A stretch of DNA of 64,000 nucleotides from positions 9,858,001 through 9,922,000 of the forward strand of contig CM075989.1 of NCBI GenBank assembly GCA_038087875.1, written 5' to 3'. A program made the position numbers and the translations under genes. The stretch's first letter is position 1. Every line of letters starts with the position of its first letter. The notes beneath the pieces are model-generated. The model searched no databases. It was not told the DNA's origin and saw only the letters and a list, made by a program, of their open reading frames with translations. Of this stretch, positions 1-12,179 are shown one piece after another. The DNA is from Malacoraja senta. Taxonomy: Eukaryota.

Positions 1-1938
1 TTTATTGGGCATAGTATAAAGTCTGTACAGTTAAACGCTAAACAGTTCTGAGAGTGAAAATATACTTTTTCAAATATGTCAAGATTTTTTTAACATTAGG
101 AACCTGAGTGGAGCCAGTTATTGCCATTGTCGGTTGTTTGGATATGTCTGCCATTTGTTAACAAGAGCTTCTGGTGTAACATGATAATACTATTAGGGCA
201 CTAGTCAGGACAATGTCATCAACCCTTTTGATTTTTTTTAAAGTATGCCTCTTTTAATGCAGATTAACTAATGAATACATTTAGTGGTAATAAAAGAAGA
301 CATAAAACTAAATGATAATATTGCTCATGGTCTCCACAGAATGTTCCAGTTCTTTTAGTGTCCTTGAGGGAGTGGCTCTTGTGGGCCTTACAGATAGATT
401 ACGTGATCTAAGGGGAAAGTCTAATAATTACTACAATAATGAAAAGGTGGGGGATAGCCTGCCAGGAAGAAGAAATTAGTCCCAAAAAAAGTTGAAATTG
501 GAAATTAGTGTTCTGTATAAGATACATAAGCATTTTATATTGTTGTCATGGTCCTTTAGACTTGAAATATTGGTGGCCATGGCAGGGTTGTGGATTTCCA
601 TGTTCAACAATAACACCAAGGTCACGTTGTCAAACTGCACAATTGGAGATACTACACAACGGTCCAAACAGGATCAGCTGTGCTTCTCTCCTGTTATAAT
701 TACATGAATAATACCATGATACAGAAGAAGGGAGTTATTGTGCAATATGGTAATTGGCTGACTAGTTCTAAGGTTTGGAAAAGGTTGTGATCATGGATAT
801 TGTAATCAGGTGAATAATTAATATGGTGAAAGACATCTATTGTAAAATATGTTAATAAGATAGATGGAATATATTCAGGCCAAGTGATTGTCTTGTATTT
901 GGTGAAATGAGTATTGTATCTTCTCTCAAGTTATGTTAATTCTCTAATATGGTTTTCCTAAGAACAGAATCTCAGCGAGATCAGCAGAGGTGCGGTCAAT
1001 TAACCCCTGCAGAAAAGGAGTGGAGATTCATACACCAAGATCAAATAATTGGCAGGGAACTATGACTCCTCTCCACTAAGCTATGTTGCCTTTCCAAAAC
1101 AGTAGATTTCAATAGTAGATATTCAACAATAGATGAGTGTATTTAAGGAGGGAACTTTGGATGGGTTGTGATATGGGAAGATTCTGCTGAAATAGTGTGA
1201 TTTTTAGCACAAAGGCTCTTTCTGGTTGTTTAACTTTTGCCAACAATTATCTCAGGTGTGGTATTAAAGCCCTACAATTAATTTTAGTGCCTGAAATGTT
1301 AACTATTTCCAAGCCATGACTATCGAGTGAAGACCAGATTTGGACTGATCTGTGATATTGAATAAATTTGACAGCACAAATTACTCTGAACAGGCTGGTT
1401 TGGTCCTGACTGCAGGCACAGTGGAAGACATAGCGTGGAATATTTTCTCCTGTCTTTATATCGCACTAAAGCAGCACAGAAACAATAGTGGTAATGCTCA
1501 TTAAAATTTGTCAATGAACTTTGGACAGAATGCTACAGGATTCAACCACTTGAATAATGTTCCAGATATTCAATTATTTTTGACTGGATTTAAGCATCTC
1601 TTACTGGATGGTTTTATCCTGGGATGTGGGGAGGAATGGGAAAACAAAGAAAGGAGAAGCATCTGAGTTTACAATGGTTCTTATGTACAGCAGAATACAT
1701 TATGTTTATCTCATCTATAACATTTTAGTTGCCATTCTTGAATACGTTTTAATCGGTTCCAACAATATCCTGATTGGAAAACAGATTCCACAGGACATTT
1801 CTTTTGCTTGCATGGACAAAGCTGAAACATTGAAACTTTTTTTTAAATTGCTTACAATAACACAGGATTCCAGCGAGATAGAATTGGAGCTCAAGTAGTT
1901 CACTGTTAAATATCTGTAGCTGCTCAGAATTAGGTTCT

Positions 1939-2034
1939 TCATATCATAAGCTCTAATGGAAAGATGGAATTGCCTTCTTGGGACATGTTCGCTATTGTAA
2001 CTCCAAGGATTATTTCAATATCTTGAATCGCTGC
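1939..2034 (-). CDS. IQCH: IQCH last coding exon (AAIQDIEIILGVTIANMSQEGNSIFPLELMI*)
   Basis: ttattttacAG|GCA acceptor; 31 codons then TGA at 1941-1939. Resembles recalled human TTIADIETILRVTKEN. Confidence 0.85.
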   Translation of the reverse strand, partial: AAIQDIEIILGVTIANMSQEGNSIFPLELMI

Positions 2035-2057
2035 CTGTAAAATAAGCATGTTAAGTT

Positions 2058-3415
2058 AGACACAAAATGCTGCCTGGATTACATGGATAAGTGACCCTTT
2101 TGGGTCAGGATCCTTCTTCAGACTGATTGCAGGGTTGGGAGGAAAGAAAGCTGGAAGAGGGGGGGGGGCAGGACTGAGCATGGCCAGTAATAGGTGAACA
2201 TAAGGGGTGGTGCAGCAGTAGAGTTGCTGCCTTATAGTGCTTACAGTGCGGAGACTCGGGTTCGATCCCGACTACGGGTGCTGTCTGTACAGAGTTTATA
2301 CGTTCTGCCCGTGACCTCGTGGGTTTTCTCAGAGATCTTCGGTTTCCTCCCACACTCCAGGTATGTAGGTTAATTGGATTGGTCTAATTGTAAATTGTCC
2401 CTAGTGTGTGTAGGATAGTGTTAATGTGCGGGGATCTCTCGGGCTCGGTGGGCCGAAGGGCCTGTTTCCGCGCTGTATCTCTAAACTAAACAAGCAATGT
2501 TTTATTTTGATAGGCAGATTGTTGAACAAAGACAAGAAAGACAAGAAAAAAAGACAGGTGTGAGCCCAAAAGGATAAAGAGTTGTGAATTGTCAAACTTG
2601 AGGATAGAAAAGTTGTGAATTGTGATGATGGTGGAGGGAAAGGGGACGAACTTTGCGAGGTCAGCAAGGGTTCAAATTTGGGGAGTGGTGGGAAAAAGTA
2701 ACGGGGAGGGGGAGTCTTGGGGGAGAGGGAAGGGGGCTGTTTGTGGGTTAGTTACATAAAATTGGACAATTCAATGTTTGTACCGTTGGATTGTATGCTA
2801 TGCAAGAAGAATATGACGTGATGTTCCTCCAGTTTGCGTATGGTCTCACTCTGGCAATGGAGAATGCCCAGGAGAGAAAGGTCAGTATGGGGATGGGAAG
2901 GGGAGTTAAAATGGTCAGCAACATGGAGATTTTGTAGGATTGGCGGACCAAGAGCAAGTGTTTGACAAAGCAGTCGCTGAATCCAGTCGTGGTCTCACTG
3001 ATGTACAGGAGGTCACTTCTGCAACACTGGATGCAGATGAGGTTACTGGAGGTGCACACGAACTTCTGCCTCACCGGGATGGACAGCTGGGGTCCCTGGA
3101 TGGAGATGAGGGAGGAGGTATAGGGACAAATGTTACATCTCCTGCAGTTGCAGGGGAAAGTACCTGGGGAGAGGGAATGGATGAGTTGCGGAGGGAGCAG
3201 TCTCTGTGGAAGTCGAAAAGGGGTCAGGATGGATAGATGTGACTGGTGGTGAGATCACGTTGGAGGTGACAACAAATGTCGGAAGATGATGTGGAGGCTG
3301 GTTGGGTGAAAGGTGAGGACCAGGGGAGCTCTATCTTTTTCCGTCTGGGGAAGGGGGGGTGAGCAAGAGCAAAACTATGGGACAAAGAGAATACGCAGAG
3401 CTGCATTCTGTTCAT
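2058..3415 (-). mobile_element. Penelope-like retroelement 3' fragment (degenerate GIY-YIG plus terminal hammerhead-like motif), interrupted by a SINE at 2205-2491
   Basis: ORF 2748..3074 RQKFVCTSSNLICIQCCRSDLLYISET resembles the GIY-YIG of the better-preserved copies. Terminal motif at about 2058-2125 is shared with other copies. Confidence 0.75.
2205..2491 (+). mobile_element. tRNA-derived V-type SINE (HE1-like)
   Basis: A-box-like GGTGCAGCAGTAG, B-box GGTTCGATCCC, V-domain-like GGTTTCCTCCCACACTCC, CR1/HER1-like tail GGGCCGAAGGGCCTGTTTCC...CTAAACTAAAC. Confidence 0.85.
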
Positions 3416-3775
3416 GAGACACAAGGAACTGTAGATTCTTGCAAATGTTTGTCACCTACTCACTTACTGTAACATTTTGTTACAGGTGTATTATTTGCTG
3501 CAATCAAGCAGAGACAGCACAAGGAGGATAGAAACAAAGAATGGCAGTTTACAAGAAAGCGCTTTCCCGTGCAAACAGTAATCACTTGGATATCCATTTG
3601 CCCTAAAGAATCTACAGTACCAGATACCAAAAGTTATCATTTCTTATGCTTCAACATCTGCAGATCAACACCCTGAGAAATGGTCATAGAGAACAACAAA
3701 TTGGTTCTGTAAAATAGCCACCTTGGATGGTATATCCTATGTATGGATATCAGGTGACAATACCTGATAGTGTAA

Positions 3776-4141
3776 TGGGCCTGTCCCATTTAGACGACTT
3801 TTTAGGCGACTGCAGGAGACTATGCAGCCGCCACATGTTTGCGGGTAGTTGCCGGGGAGTCCCCTTCATGGTCGTGAGGAGTTCCTGCATTCTGGGAACT
3901 AGTCGTGGCCTCATTATGGTCGCCGCGAATTTTTCAACACGATGAAATATTAGCGGCGACTAGAATGAAGCCGCCATAGAGAGTAGAGGAGGTGTGGGGT
4001 GTGTGTGGGTGGGTGGGGGGGGGGGGGGTTGTGCGTGCACGTGTTTCACTCAGACAGTCACCGTTCCGGCGTCAGGCGAATGCTGGCAACTTGACAGTCG
4101 CCGGCAGTCGCCTGAAAAATCGCCTAAGTGGCACAGGCCTA
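3776..4141. mobile_element. PIF/Harbinger-type MITE
   Basis: Imperfect TIRs of about 38 bp (tgggcctgtcccatttagacgactttttaggcgactgc / gcagtcgcctgaaaaatcgcctaagtggcacaggccta) flanked by TAA TSD (3773-3775, 4142-4144). No coding capacity. Confidence 0.85.
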
Positions 4142-4689
4142 TAAGGGTGCTGTCCATATTGCTATAACCCCCATGTTTGTGCCTTGTTAAATGGATAGGG
4201 ATTTTAAAGGAATTGGGATTAATTGAAAGTGAAAGTATTATACAGGTACCTAATACATTCATATAACACCTATTTAATACAAATATTGCTCCTGCAAGGA
4301 ACAGGGAAAGAAATTTTAATAATAGTGTAGGAACAAATAAAAAAACTCTCTTATTGCTGATCTGGTAAATTGGATTGCAGGAACTAAGTGGCGAATTATT
4401 ATTCTTCCTAGACAGTCCTTCAGATTAGAGGATGACTGACTAACTCCACACCATGTTCATGCTTTCTGAGATGGCTGATGAAGTCAATGTGAAAGCCACT
4501 AATTCTGCCGTGGGTGGGGCAGGTGTGTCTGGCAGGCTAGGTGGTGGTTTGGTGGGCAGTGCATGTTCTCTGCTATACCATATGCTTGTGATAAATGGAC
4601 AAGTTCTCTATGCCTTCCCACTTGTTCGCAATTTTGGTAGGCATGTTACACATTTCAATGGGGCTTTGAGAATGTCTGTCAGATAGCCT

Positions 4690-5420
4690 CTTGCTTATCA
4701 TCATGGGCAATAAACATAACATGGAGAAGATATGATGCTTTACATCAATTATTAGCGTGGCCATAGCTGGAGTACCCTGTGTAGTTCTGGTTGCCATTTT
4801 GTAGGAAGGATGTAATTGGAGAGGGTACAGAGGAGATTCACCAGGATGGTGCCTGGGATACTGCATTTCAGCCACGATGAAAGATTAAATTGGTTGGGGA
4901 AAAAAGTGAACTGTAGATGCTGATTTATACCGAAGATAGACACAAAATGCTGGTGTAACTCAGCAGGTCAGTTAGAATCTCTGGAGAAAATGGATTAGTG
5001 ACGTTTTGGGTCAGGACGCTTCTTCAGACTGGTCTGAAGTATGGCCGCAGCACGAAACGTCACCTTTCCATTTTCTCCAGATATGCTGCCTGACCCACTG
5101 AGTTACTCCAGCAGTTTTTGTCTATCTTTTTAAATAGGTTGGGTTTGGTTCCTTTGTTATGGAAGAAGCCGAGGGAGAATCTGATTGAGATGCACAAAAT
5201 TATGAGCAGCTGGATAGGATAATTAATGGCATTTTTCTCCTTAATGGGGGTGTCAATAACCAGAGAGCACAGGTTAAGGCAAGGGCAAGAAGATTTGGAG
5301 AACATCGAGGAAGACTTTTTTCCCTCTAATATGGTGGACACCTAAAATGCACCGCTGAGAGGGTGGTGGAAAGATAGACTCTCACAACATTTAAGTGTTT
5401 AAATGGTTACCTGAATGTAG
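4690..5420 (+). mobile_element. Old CR1 LINE 3' fragment, interrupted by a Penelope-terminus palindrome (about 4905-5130)
   Basis: CR1 ORF2 C-terminal motifs (CTGGAGTACC..TGTAGTTCTGG, GAGAGGGTACAGAGGAGATTCACCAGGATG) resume after 5130. Confidence 0.7.
4933..5128. repeat. Fold-back inverted repeat of two Penelope 3' termini joined head-to-head
   Basis: Arms 4933-5029 and 5032-5128 are imperfect reverse complements; the centre is CTTCAGAC-TG-GTCTGAAG. Confidence 0.85.
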
Positions 5421-6452
5421 CTGCTCCCAGTCCACATTTGCCTAGTCGCCTTATTGTACTGAAATCAGACTTTGCCCTAATTTTTAAGGATTTCTTCGTA
5501 ACCTTAAGTTTTAAGGTTATGATTATGACAGCTGGAATGTTCTCCCACTAACACTTCCTTAAGTTTAGTTTTAATTTAGTTTAGAAATACAGCGAGGGGT
5601 CAAATTAATCAACCCCACTGTTTTTATATCTAAGCTCCACCCATATGTCCTCGTTTGGAGAACTGCCTCAGACGCCCCTCCTTAACAGTAATTGACGCCT
5701 TAATTAATATTGTAATGTCACCTCTTTTTATTTGCAACCATCCTGTACTGCCTGAAGAATTTTTATGCTAGAATGTTAATTTGCCAGACCTGCCCTGCAT
5801 TCAACTACATCTCCATTAAAGCATCAACATTATATGCCCAAACATTAAATACTGCCCCCAGTTCATCAGCTTTACCTGTAAGATGCCTTGCATTAAATTA
5901 TATAAAATGTAGCCTTGCATTCCTCCTACGTGTCCAGAGACTCGATTTTCCTTCTTCATTTGCCTAATATTTGTTATGATCATCTTTAAGAATAGATACA
6001 AATTCAACTGGGGTAACTGGAGAGGTCTCACTGACGTATGTTACGAGGAAAATCATCATCAGGGTCCTCCTCTCCTGCCTCTTCCAAGGGCAGAAGACCT
6101 GATCACTATATTGTGTCCAGAGCTACAATGGACATGATCTTCACTACATGATAACTCCAAGAGTTATGCACGGAGCAGCATCAACCATTATGCACTGCCT
6201 TTCTTGACCTTGCCAATCAAGACGGACCATTGACTATCATTCTGAAATCTAACTGTCTGCTGAAATTTATCTCCATCTTAGGTTCGGTTCATAATAGCAT
6301 GTAATCTGCAATTTTAACTAAGGTGTAGAGTTATGACTGTCGACTAAATCTTGAGTGACAACTTGTTTCCAATCACTGTGCAATCTTAAAACATTTCTAT
6401 GTTAATAAACTGTATAAAAATTAAGAGGAAAACATGTTAATTAATGCCTCAC

Positions 6453-6561
6453 CTGAAAATTGTTCTCCCAATGCACATTAGGTGCTGTTATTTCCTGATG
6501 AATGACAGAGAGATTACGAGCAAAGGTCAGTAGAGCCCCCTGGAGATCTTCCCCGATTGTT
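6453..6561 (-). CDS. IQCH: IQCH penultimate coding exon ([36 protein letters not shown])
   Basis: cattaacAG|A acceptor and CAG|GTgagg donor; 109 bp, phase 2 to 0. Matches recalled [40 protein letters not shown]. Confidence 0.94.
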
Positions 6562-6991
6562 CTGTTAATGATATACAAACAAATGAGTTTACTAATGATT
6601 CCCTTTACATGCTTAAAAACAATCACAGTCTCATTTCGGGGAAATGCTGATGGAATTTAATGAGCATTTTCATTCTCGCGGGGCACAAATCTTCTGGGAA
6701 ATATGAAAGATGAGGTACTATTTTTACATGTCAACTGAAGGATTTGTGCAATAAATATACTTTATTAATCATACACCATTGAAAAGCAATAGGTTAAATC
6801 AACTAGATACCAAAATGGAACCAAAACTCCCATGCAGTTAGGAAAAGTCTCTAATGTTCTTCCAAAACAAGCACTGAATCCCCAACATGCAAACGACTTA
6901 AGTGAATTGAATTATTGCTGAGTAAAGCTTGATACTTGAATGGAAATGTGTATGGATGTGGGGTGAGGGGGTGTTCAAATGGTAAACTTAC

Positions 6992-7053
6992 ACCATCCCT
7001 AGGCGATCCCTCTGGTTTCCTTCATGTAGTATAAAAACTGTTCCTTGTCTTTC
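6992..7053 (-). CDS. IQCH: IQCH short coding exon ([20 protein letters not shown]/V)
   Basis: ttaatAG|GAA acceptor and GT|GTaagt donor; 62 bp, phase 0 to 2. Matches recalled IQCH [21 protein letters not shown]. Confidence 0.92.
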
Positions 7054-7719
7054 CTATTAAAACAGAGTAAGTACCACATATTAGATCTCATTGGGATGAT
7101 GCATGCTATGAAAATCCCTTGAGGTTATTCCCTCCTCCTGAGAATATTCTTTAAATGTTTTTACTTGATAACTATTAAAAAGCAGAAGATTTGCTGCAAA
7201 GTAATTCCCTTAGCAGCAAAGTAGCTTTGAAAATAAGTTTCTGCATGCTATTCTACCATGGAGGGCCTTACCATCTCCCAACAGCTTGTGAAGGGACATT
7301 CTCTGCCAGCTTTAGCCACTGTAGAAAATGTCCCCAACCTTCGGGTACTGGTTGAACAAGGACTAATGAAGGTTAATCACTAAACTCTGGACTGGAGGAC
7401 ATGATGTATTGCGTTATACTCTTTATTTATGTATGGACAAGTATTGGAGAAGTCCAAGGAAGGCTTTTTCTTATTGCCTCAGGGAGCTCCTAGTAGCAAT
7501 AATGTTAACTTTAGAAGGTAACCCTTCAGTGTAGGTAGTTTAGCACATCAATGGTGCAGAATGTAAACAGGTATAGTAAAAACTGACCATTACATTTAAA
7601 AATATATTATCTAGAAAAACTGAGATTCTTCTCATAAAGCAGAACACATTAAAACATTTCAAAGAAAAATTCAAAATAGTTTTGGCAACCTTAAATGCAA
7701 GTATATATTAAGCTTAGTT

Positions 7720-9310
7720 ACAAAAAGCTGGAGTAAGTCAGGGGGACAGGAAGCATCTCTGGAGAGAAGCAATGGGTGACGTTTCAGGTCGAGACTTCTT
7801 CAGACTAGTTAGGGATAAGGGAATCGAGAGATATAGACGATGATGTGGAGAGAGGAAGAACAATGAATGAAAGATATGCAAAAAGGTAATGATGATAAAG
7901 GAAACAGGCCATTGCTAGCTGTTTGTTGGGTGAAAACGAGAAGCTGGTGAGACTTGGTTGGGGGAGGGATAGAGAGAGGGAATGCCGGGGTTATTTGAAG
8001 TGAGATAAATCAATATTCATACACTGGGCAGTAAGCTGCCCAAGCAAAATATAAGATGCTCTTCCTCCAATTTGCTTTTAGCCTCACTCTGACAATGGAG
8101 GAGACCTAGGACAGAAAGGTCTGTGTGGGAATGTGAAGGAGAATTAAAGTGTTTAGCAACCGGGATATCAGGTAGGTTCAGGCAAGCTGAGCGAAGGTGT
8201 TCAGCTAAACAATCGGCCAGTCTACATTTGGTCTTGCCGATGTTTAAGAGTCCACATTTTGAACAACAGATACAGTAGATGAGGTTGGAAGAGGTGCAAA
8301 TGAATCTCTGCCTAACCCGAAAGGACTTTCGGGGTCCCTGGACAGAATTGAGGGAGGATGGAACACCCCTCCCTATACCTTTAGGGACAGGTGTTGCATC
8401 TTCTGCAGTTGCAGGGGAAGGTACCTGTGGAGGGGGGTTTTGATGGGAAAGGATGAGTTAACTAGAGAGTTGCGGAGGGAACGGTCTCTGTCAAAGTCGA
8501 TTTTATTCGTCACATGCACCTGAAGGAGCAGTGAAATGAATTTGCCAGCAGCGATACACTTAAAAAGAACACACAATACACAATAGAATTTAACACAAAC
8601 ATCCACCACAACATTCTTCACTGTGGTGGAAGGCAACAAAGTTCAGTCAGTCCTCCTCCTTTGTTCATCCGTGGTCGGGGCCATAAACCCTCCGTAGTCG
8701 CCGCTACGGACGGCCCGATGTACAGGCCCTCTCTCGGGACAGTCAAACACACTCCGCGGCTTGGAGTGCCCGAATCGGCACTTGCCTACTGGAGACCGCG
8801 GCTTCAGGATTTTATAGGCCGCAGGCCGGCGGTCGGAGCTCTTCTCCGGCGATCTCCGGCAAGGGATCCCACACTCCAGATGGTAAGTCCGGGGCAAGAA
8901 ACTCCGCAGACCACAGCCCCATGATGCCAAACTCACCAGGCCAGCGATCGGAGCACTCCTCTAGCGACCCCCGGCAAAGATTCGCCCGCTCAGCGATGGA
9001 AAAGCCCGCGAAAAGTTGCCTCTCCTGCCTTCCACCACCCCCCACACAAGACACACCAAGAGACACCTAAATTTAGACGCACCAAAAAAAAACCAAAAAG
9101 TCAAAATAACGAACACGCTGCTGGCAGGGCAGCCGACTCGCAGTGCCCCAACCGACCGGAAGGCGGAAAGGGGTGGAGATGGGAAGATGTGACTAGTGTT
9201 GGGATCCCGTTGAAGGTGGCGAACATTTCAGAGGATTACGTGTTGTATACAGCGGCTGATGGGGTGAAAGGTAAGGACTAGGGGGACTCTGTCTATGCGA
9301 TGGTTGATGG
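7720..9310 (-). mobile_element. Penelope-like 3' fragment split by a nested insertion at about 8491-9156
   Basis: Homologous to 38807-39580. The sequence ACGGTCTCTG|CGGAAGGCGGAAAG is split by the insert. Confidence 0.8.
8491..9156 (-). mobile_element. Unclassified GC-rich non-autonomous retroposon with Rex1-like 3' tail
   Basis: Interrupts a Penelope copy. Minus-strand 3' end GTGACGAATAAAATCGACTTTGA. A related 3' fragment lies at about 53874-54095. Confidence 0.6.
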
Positions 9311-11818
9311 GGTGAGAGGTTAGGTAAATGGTACCTGGTAAAAGGTAAATGGGGTGAAGAAGCTTGGTTTCTTCACTCCCATCCATCTCTTGGTAAATTA
9401 CACTTGTTGAACTCAGCAACCCCAATGGAGATTAGAATTACAGAGTCATACGGAAAGTTAATAGGTCCTTCAGCCCAAGTCATTCATGCAAACCAAGATG
9501 CCCCATCTGCTAGTCCCATTTCCCCCATGCCGAGCCCATTTTTTCCCTCTAAACCTTTCCTGTCCATATACCTGTATAAATATTTTTAAAATATTGTACC
9601 TACCTCAACTATTTCCTCTAGTGATTGAAATGGGAAACCTCTGTACAGATAAATAATGACGGTTGTGACAAAGTTAATATAATAATCGTAGGGAATTTAA
9701 TCACCTTGGCAATAAAATGAATAGTCTTGAGGTTAAATTCATGTGAGGTAGACAAGAAAAAGAGGTAACTTAACAAAAAACATTGTGGACCCCAACAGGA
9801 AACATACATTTCTAGATCTGGTGAGGCAGGATTAATTAATAATTTCTTCATAATGGATCATCGGAGGAAAGGAGATGGTAATAAAATAGTATTTCATATT
9901 CAGTCCGGGAGTGACACATTTAAAGAAAACAAATTAGGGTCCTAAGGTTAAATAAAGACAATCACATAGATACAGAGGGCTAACAAGTCAAGAGCTGGGT
10001 AAAGTAATTGAGAAATAAGACAGAAGCTATGGTAGTAGATAAGCAATGGCATATATTTAAAATAAATTTCCTAATTCTCCATGAATATATATTTCATCCA
10101 GAAACACTGAGAATCGCAATCCATTTAAATTTAACTAAAGTAATTAGCAGGCTTATGGTTTGTGAGGATTTGGGAAACCTATAAAAGATACAGCATGTTA
10201 ATTGCTTTAAAATAAGACTGAGAAAGAGGGAATGTATGTAAAGTAGCACAAAAATAGAAAACAAAAAGGTAAGAACCGCCATGTGAATGTAATGAGGAAA
10301 TGAATAGAAGTTAAACAAATATATTGCAAATTGTCTTCATTATTCGAAAACAAAACATATAACACAAATTGTAGATATCCTGGACTGAAACAAATTTGAT
10401 GGTACCAAAAGTTGTTGTTGCCGCTGTGTGAATTAAGTAGTTGTCAACGTTCAAATTTTCTGATATTCTGCAGGGGTTTCAGTGGATCGGAAAACAATAA
10501 ATGTAACAACATTATTTAAGAAAAAAAGAGAGAAAGAGGGACTTGCAAAGCCAGTTAACATAACTTCAGTTATTGGGAAAATGCTGTAATCCATTATTAA
10601 TGAATTTTAAACAAAGCATAAGAGGACCAGGCATGGTTTTATTACAGGGATATTGTTTTATAAATCTGAGAACATAACTATCGGGATAGATAAAAGGAAG
10701 CAAACGGATGTGGTGTATTAAGATTTACAAAAGGCCTGTTACTGCAGTCAAAGTTAGTGTTCGGAAACTCTACCCTGTAAGATATTGTTTTATAGAAACT
10801 GTAAATAAATCAAGTTGACTAAAACGGGTATTAGTGATAATTTAAAAAAAGCTGTATTTGTGAGATCTCCTCCAACAGTTTATTCAATGAATAAGTCATT
10901 CATATGGGAAAGTACAGTATAATCTCTGCTTCAATATGCGAGCTTTGCCTGGTCTGAGCCAGGGCAATTGCCTCCAGAGCCCCAGGTTATAGAGGTGTCT
11001 CATAGCTATAATCTGGCCCTTGTTATTGGCAATGCATGTGATATGAACTGTGGCTTAGATTAAGACTGAGTTTGGTGGGTACTAATTACTCTTCACCTCT
11101 CCAGTAAGAAACAATGCCAGCAGTCAGTGCCCACAAACTCAGGCAGGAATTACTGTGTTTTAGTGAGGAACTGGAAGATGCCCAGGCACCTGGAATCCAA
11201 GGCCATCGTATACAAGAGGGGGGGAAATTCCTTCAATAAAAGCATATACATTGTTGTTTTAAGATAATTTCATTTTGAATTTGGGGAGAAAGAAGTCAAA
11301 GACTAGAAAGAATAGTTTTAAGGTCTGAAGGGAAACGTTTTGAGGAGATGTGCAGGGCACGTTTTATTTTTACACAGATTAGCGAGTGCCAATAAAATGC
11401 TGCCATTGTTGGTAGTGGAACAGATAAAATAGTGAAATTTAAGAAGCTTTTAGATAGGTGCATGGATAGCAGAGAATGGAGACATATAAATCACGTAAAG
11501 GCCGATTAGTTTAACTTGGCATCATGTTTGGCACAGAGATTGTGGGCCGAAGGGCCTGTTCCTGTGCTATACTGTTCAATGTTGTAAGCTATTTGCTGCT
11601 TTTAGAAATTGGCATGACTAAATAGGATTTCCAAATGTATATAATATAACACATATCCTCTGAGTCTATATAAACCTGTTTATATAATTTGGAAAAAAAA
11701 CTTGCAACAAACTGATTTGTTTAATAGAATAAAACCATGGTTATAATAATGTCAGAGAAGACCACCTATAGTGCTTACTACCGTGGCAAACCTTGTGAGA
11801 CAAGAAAAACTTCAATAC

Positions 11819-11944
11819 CTTAATATCAAAACCAATCCCGTGAGCTTTAAAAATCTTGAAGAGTACACTGTAGTGGACCATGGATAAATTGCCATGTTTC
11901 AACTGTGTGCTTAACACTCCGTAACGTTTCACGAAAGGAAGTTG
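11819..11944 (-). CDS. IQCH: IQCH internal coding exon (QLPFVKRYGVLSTQLKHGNLSMVHYSVLFKIFKAHGIGFDIK)
   Basis: gcctttcAG|CAA acceptor and AAG|GTattg donor; 126 bp. Matches recalled IQCH [36 protein letters not shown]. Confidence 0.92.
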
Positions 11945-12179
11945 CTGAAAGGCAAATAATATCTAGTACAGATATGTATATATTATCATGAAACCCTACT
12001 GTGGCCTATTAAGCTTAAATGAGGAACTCAGATAAGTGCATCTGCCGATCAAATATTTTGGTTGATATGATTTCATTAAAGTATGACACAAGCCTTTTTA
12101 ATACATTTATTAAAAACAAAGCTCAGTAAAACTCATGGAAGACTAGGGCGACAACCCATTTGCTGGAGCAACTTAGCGT

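Noticed and set aside
1-1753. IQCH polyadenylation signals (ATTAAA at 1753-1748, AATAAA at 6-1 on the minus strand)
   Set aside because: Such hexamers are common in AT-rich DNA; the site cannot be chosen without transcript data.
9100-9156. Possible HDV-like ribozyme at the 5' end of the GC-rich retroposon
   Set aside because: Only a simple hairpin (GGGCA..TGCCC); no L3 consensus or P2/P3 found.
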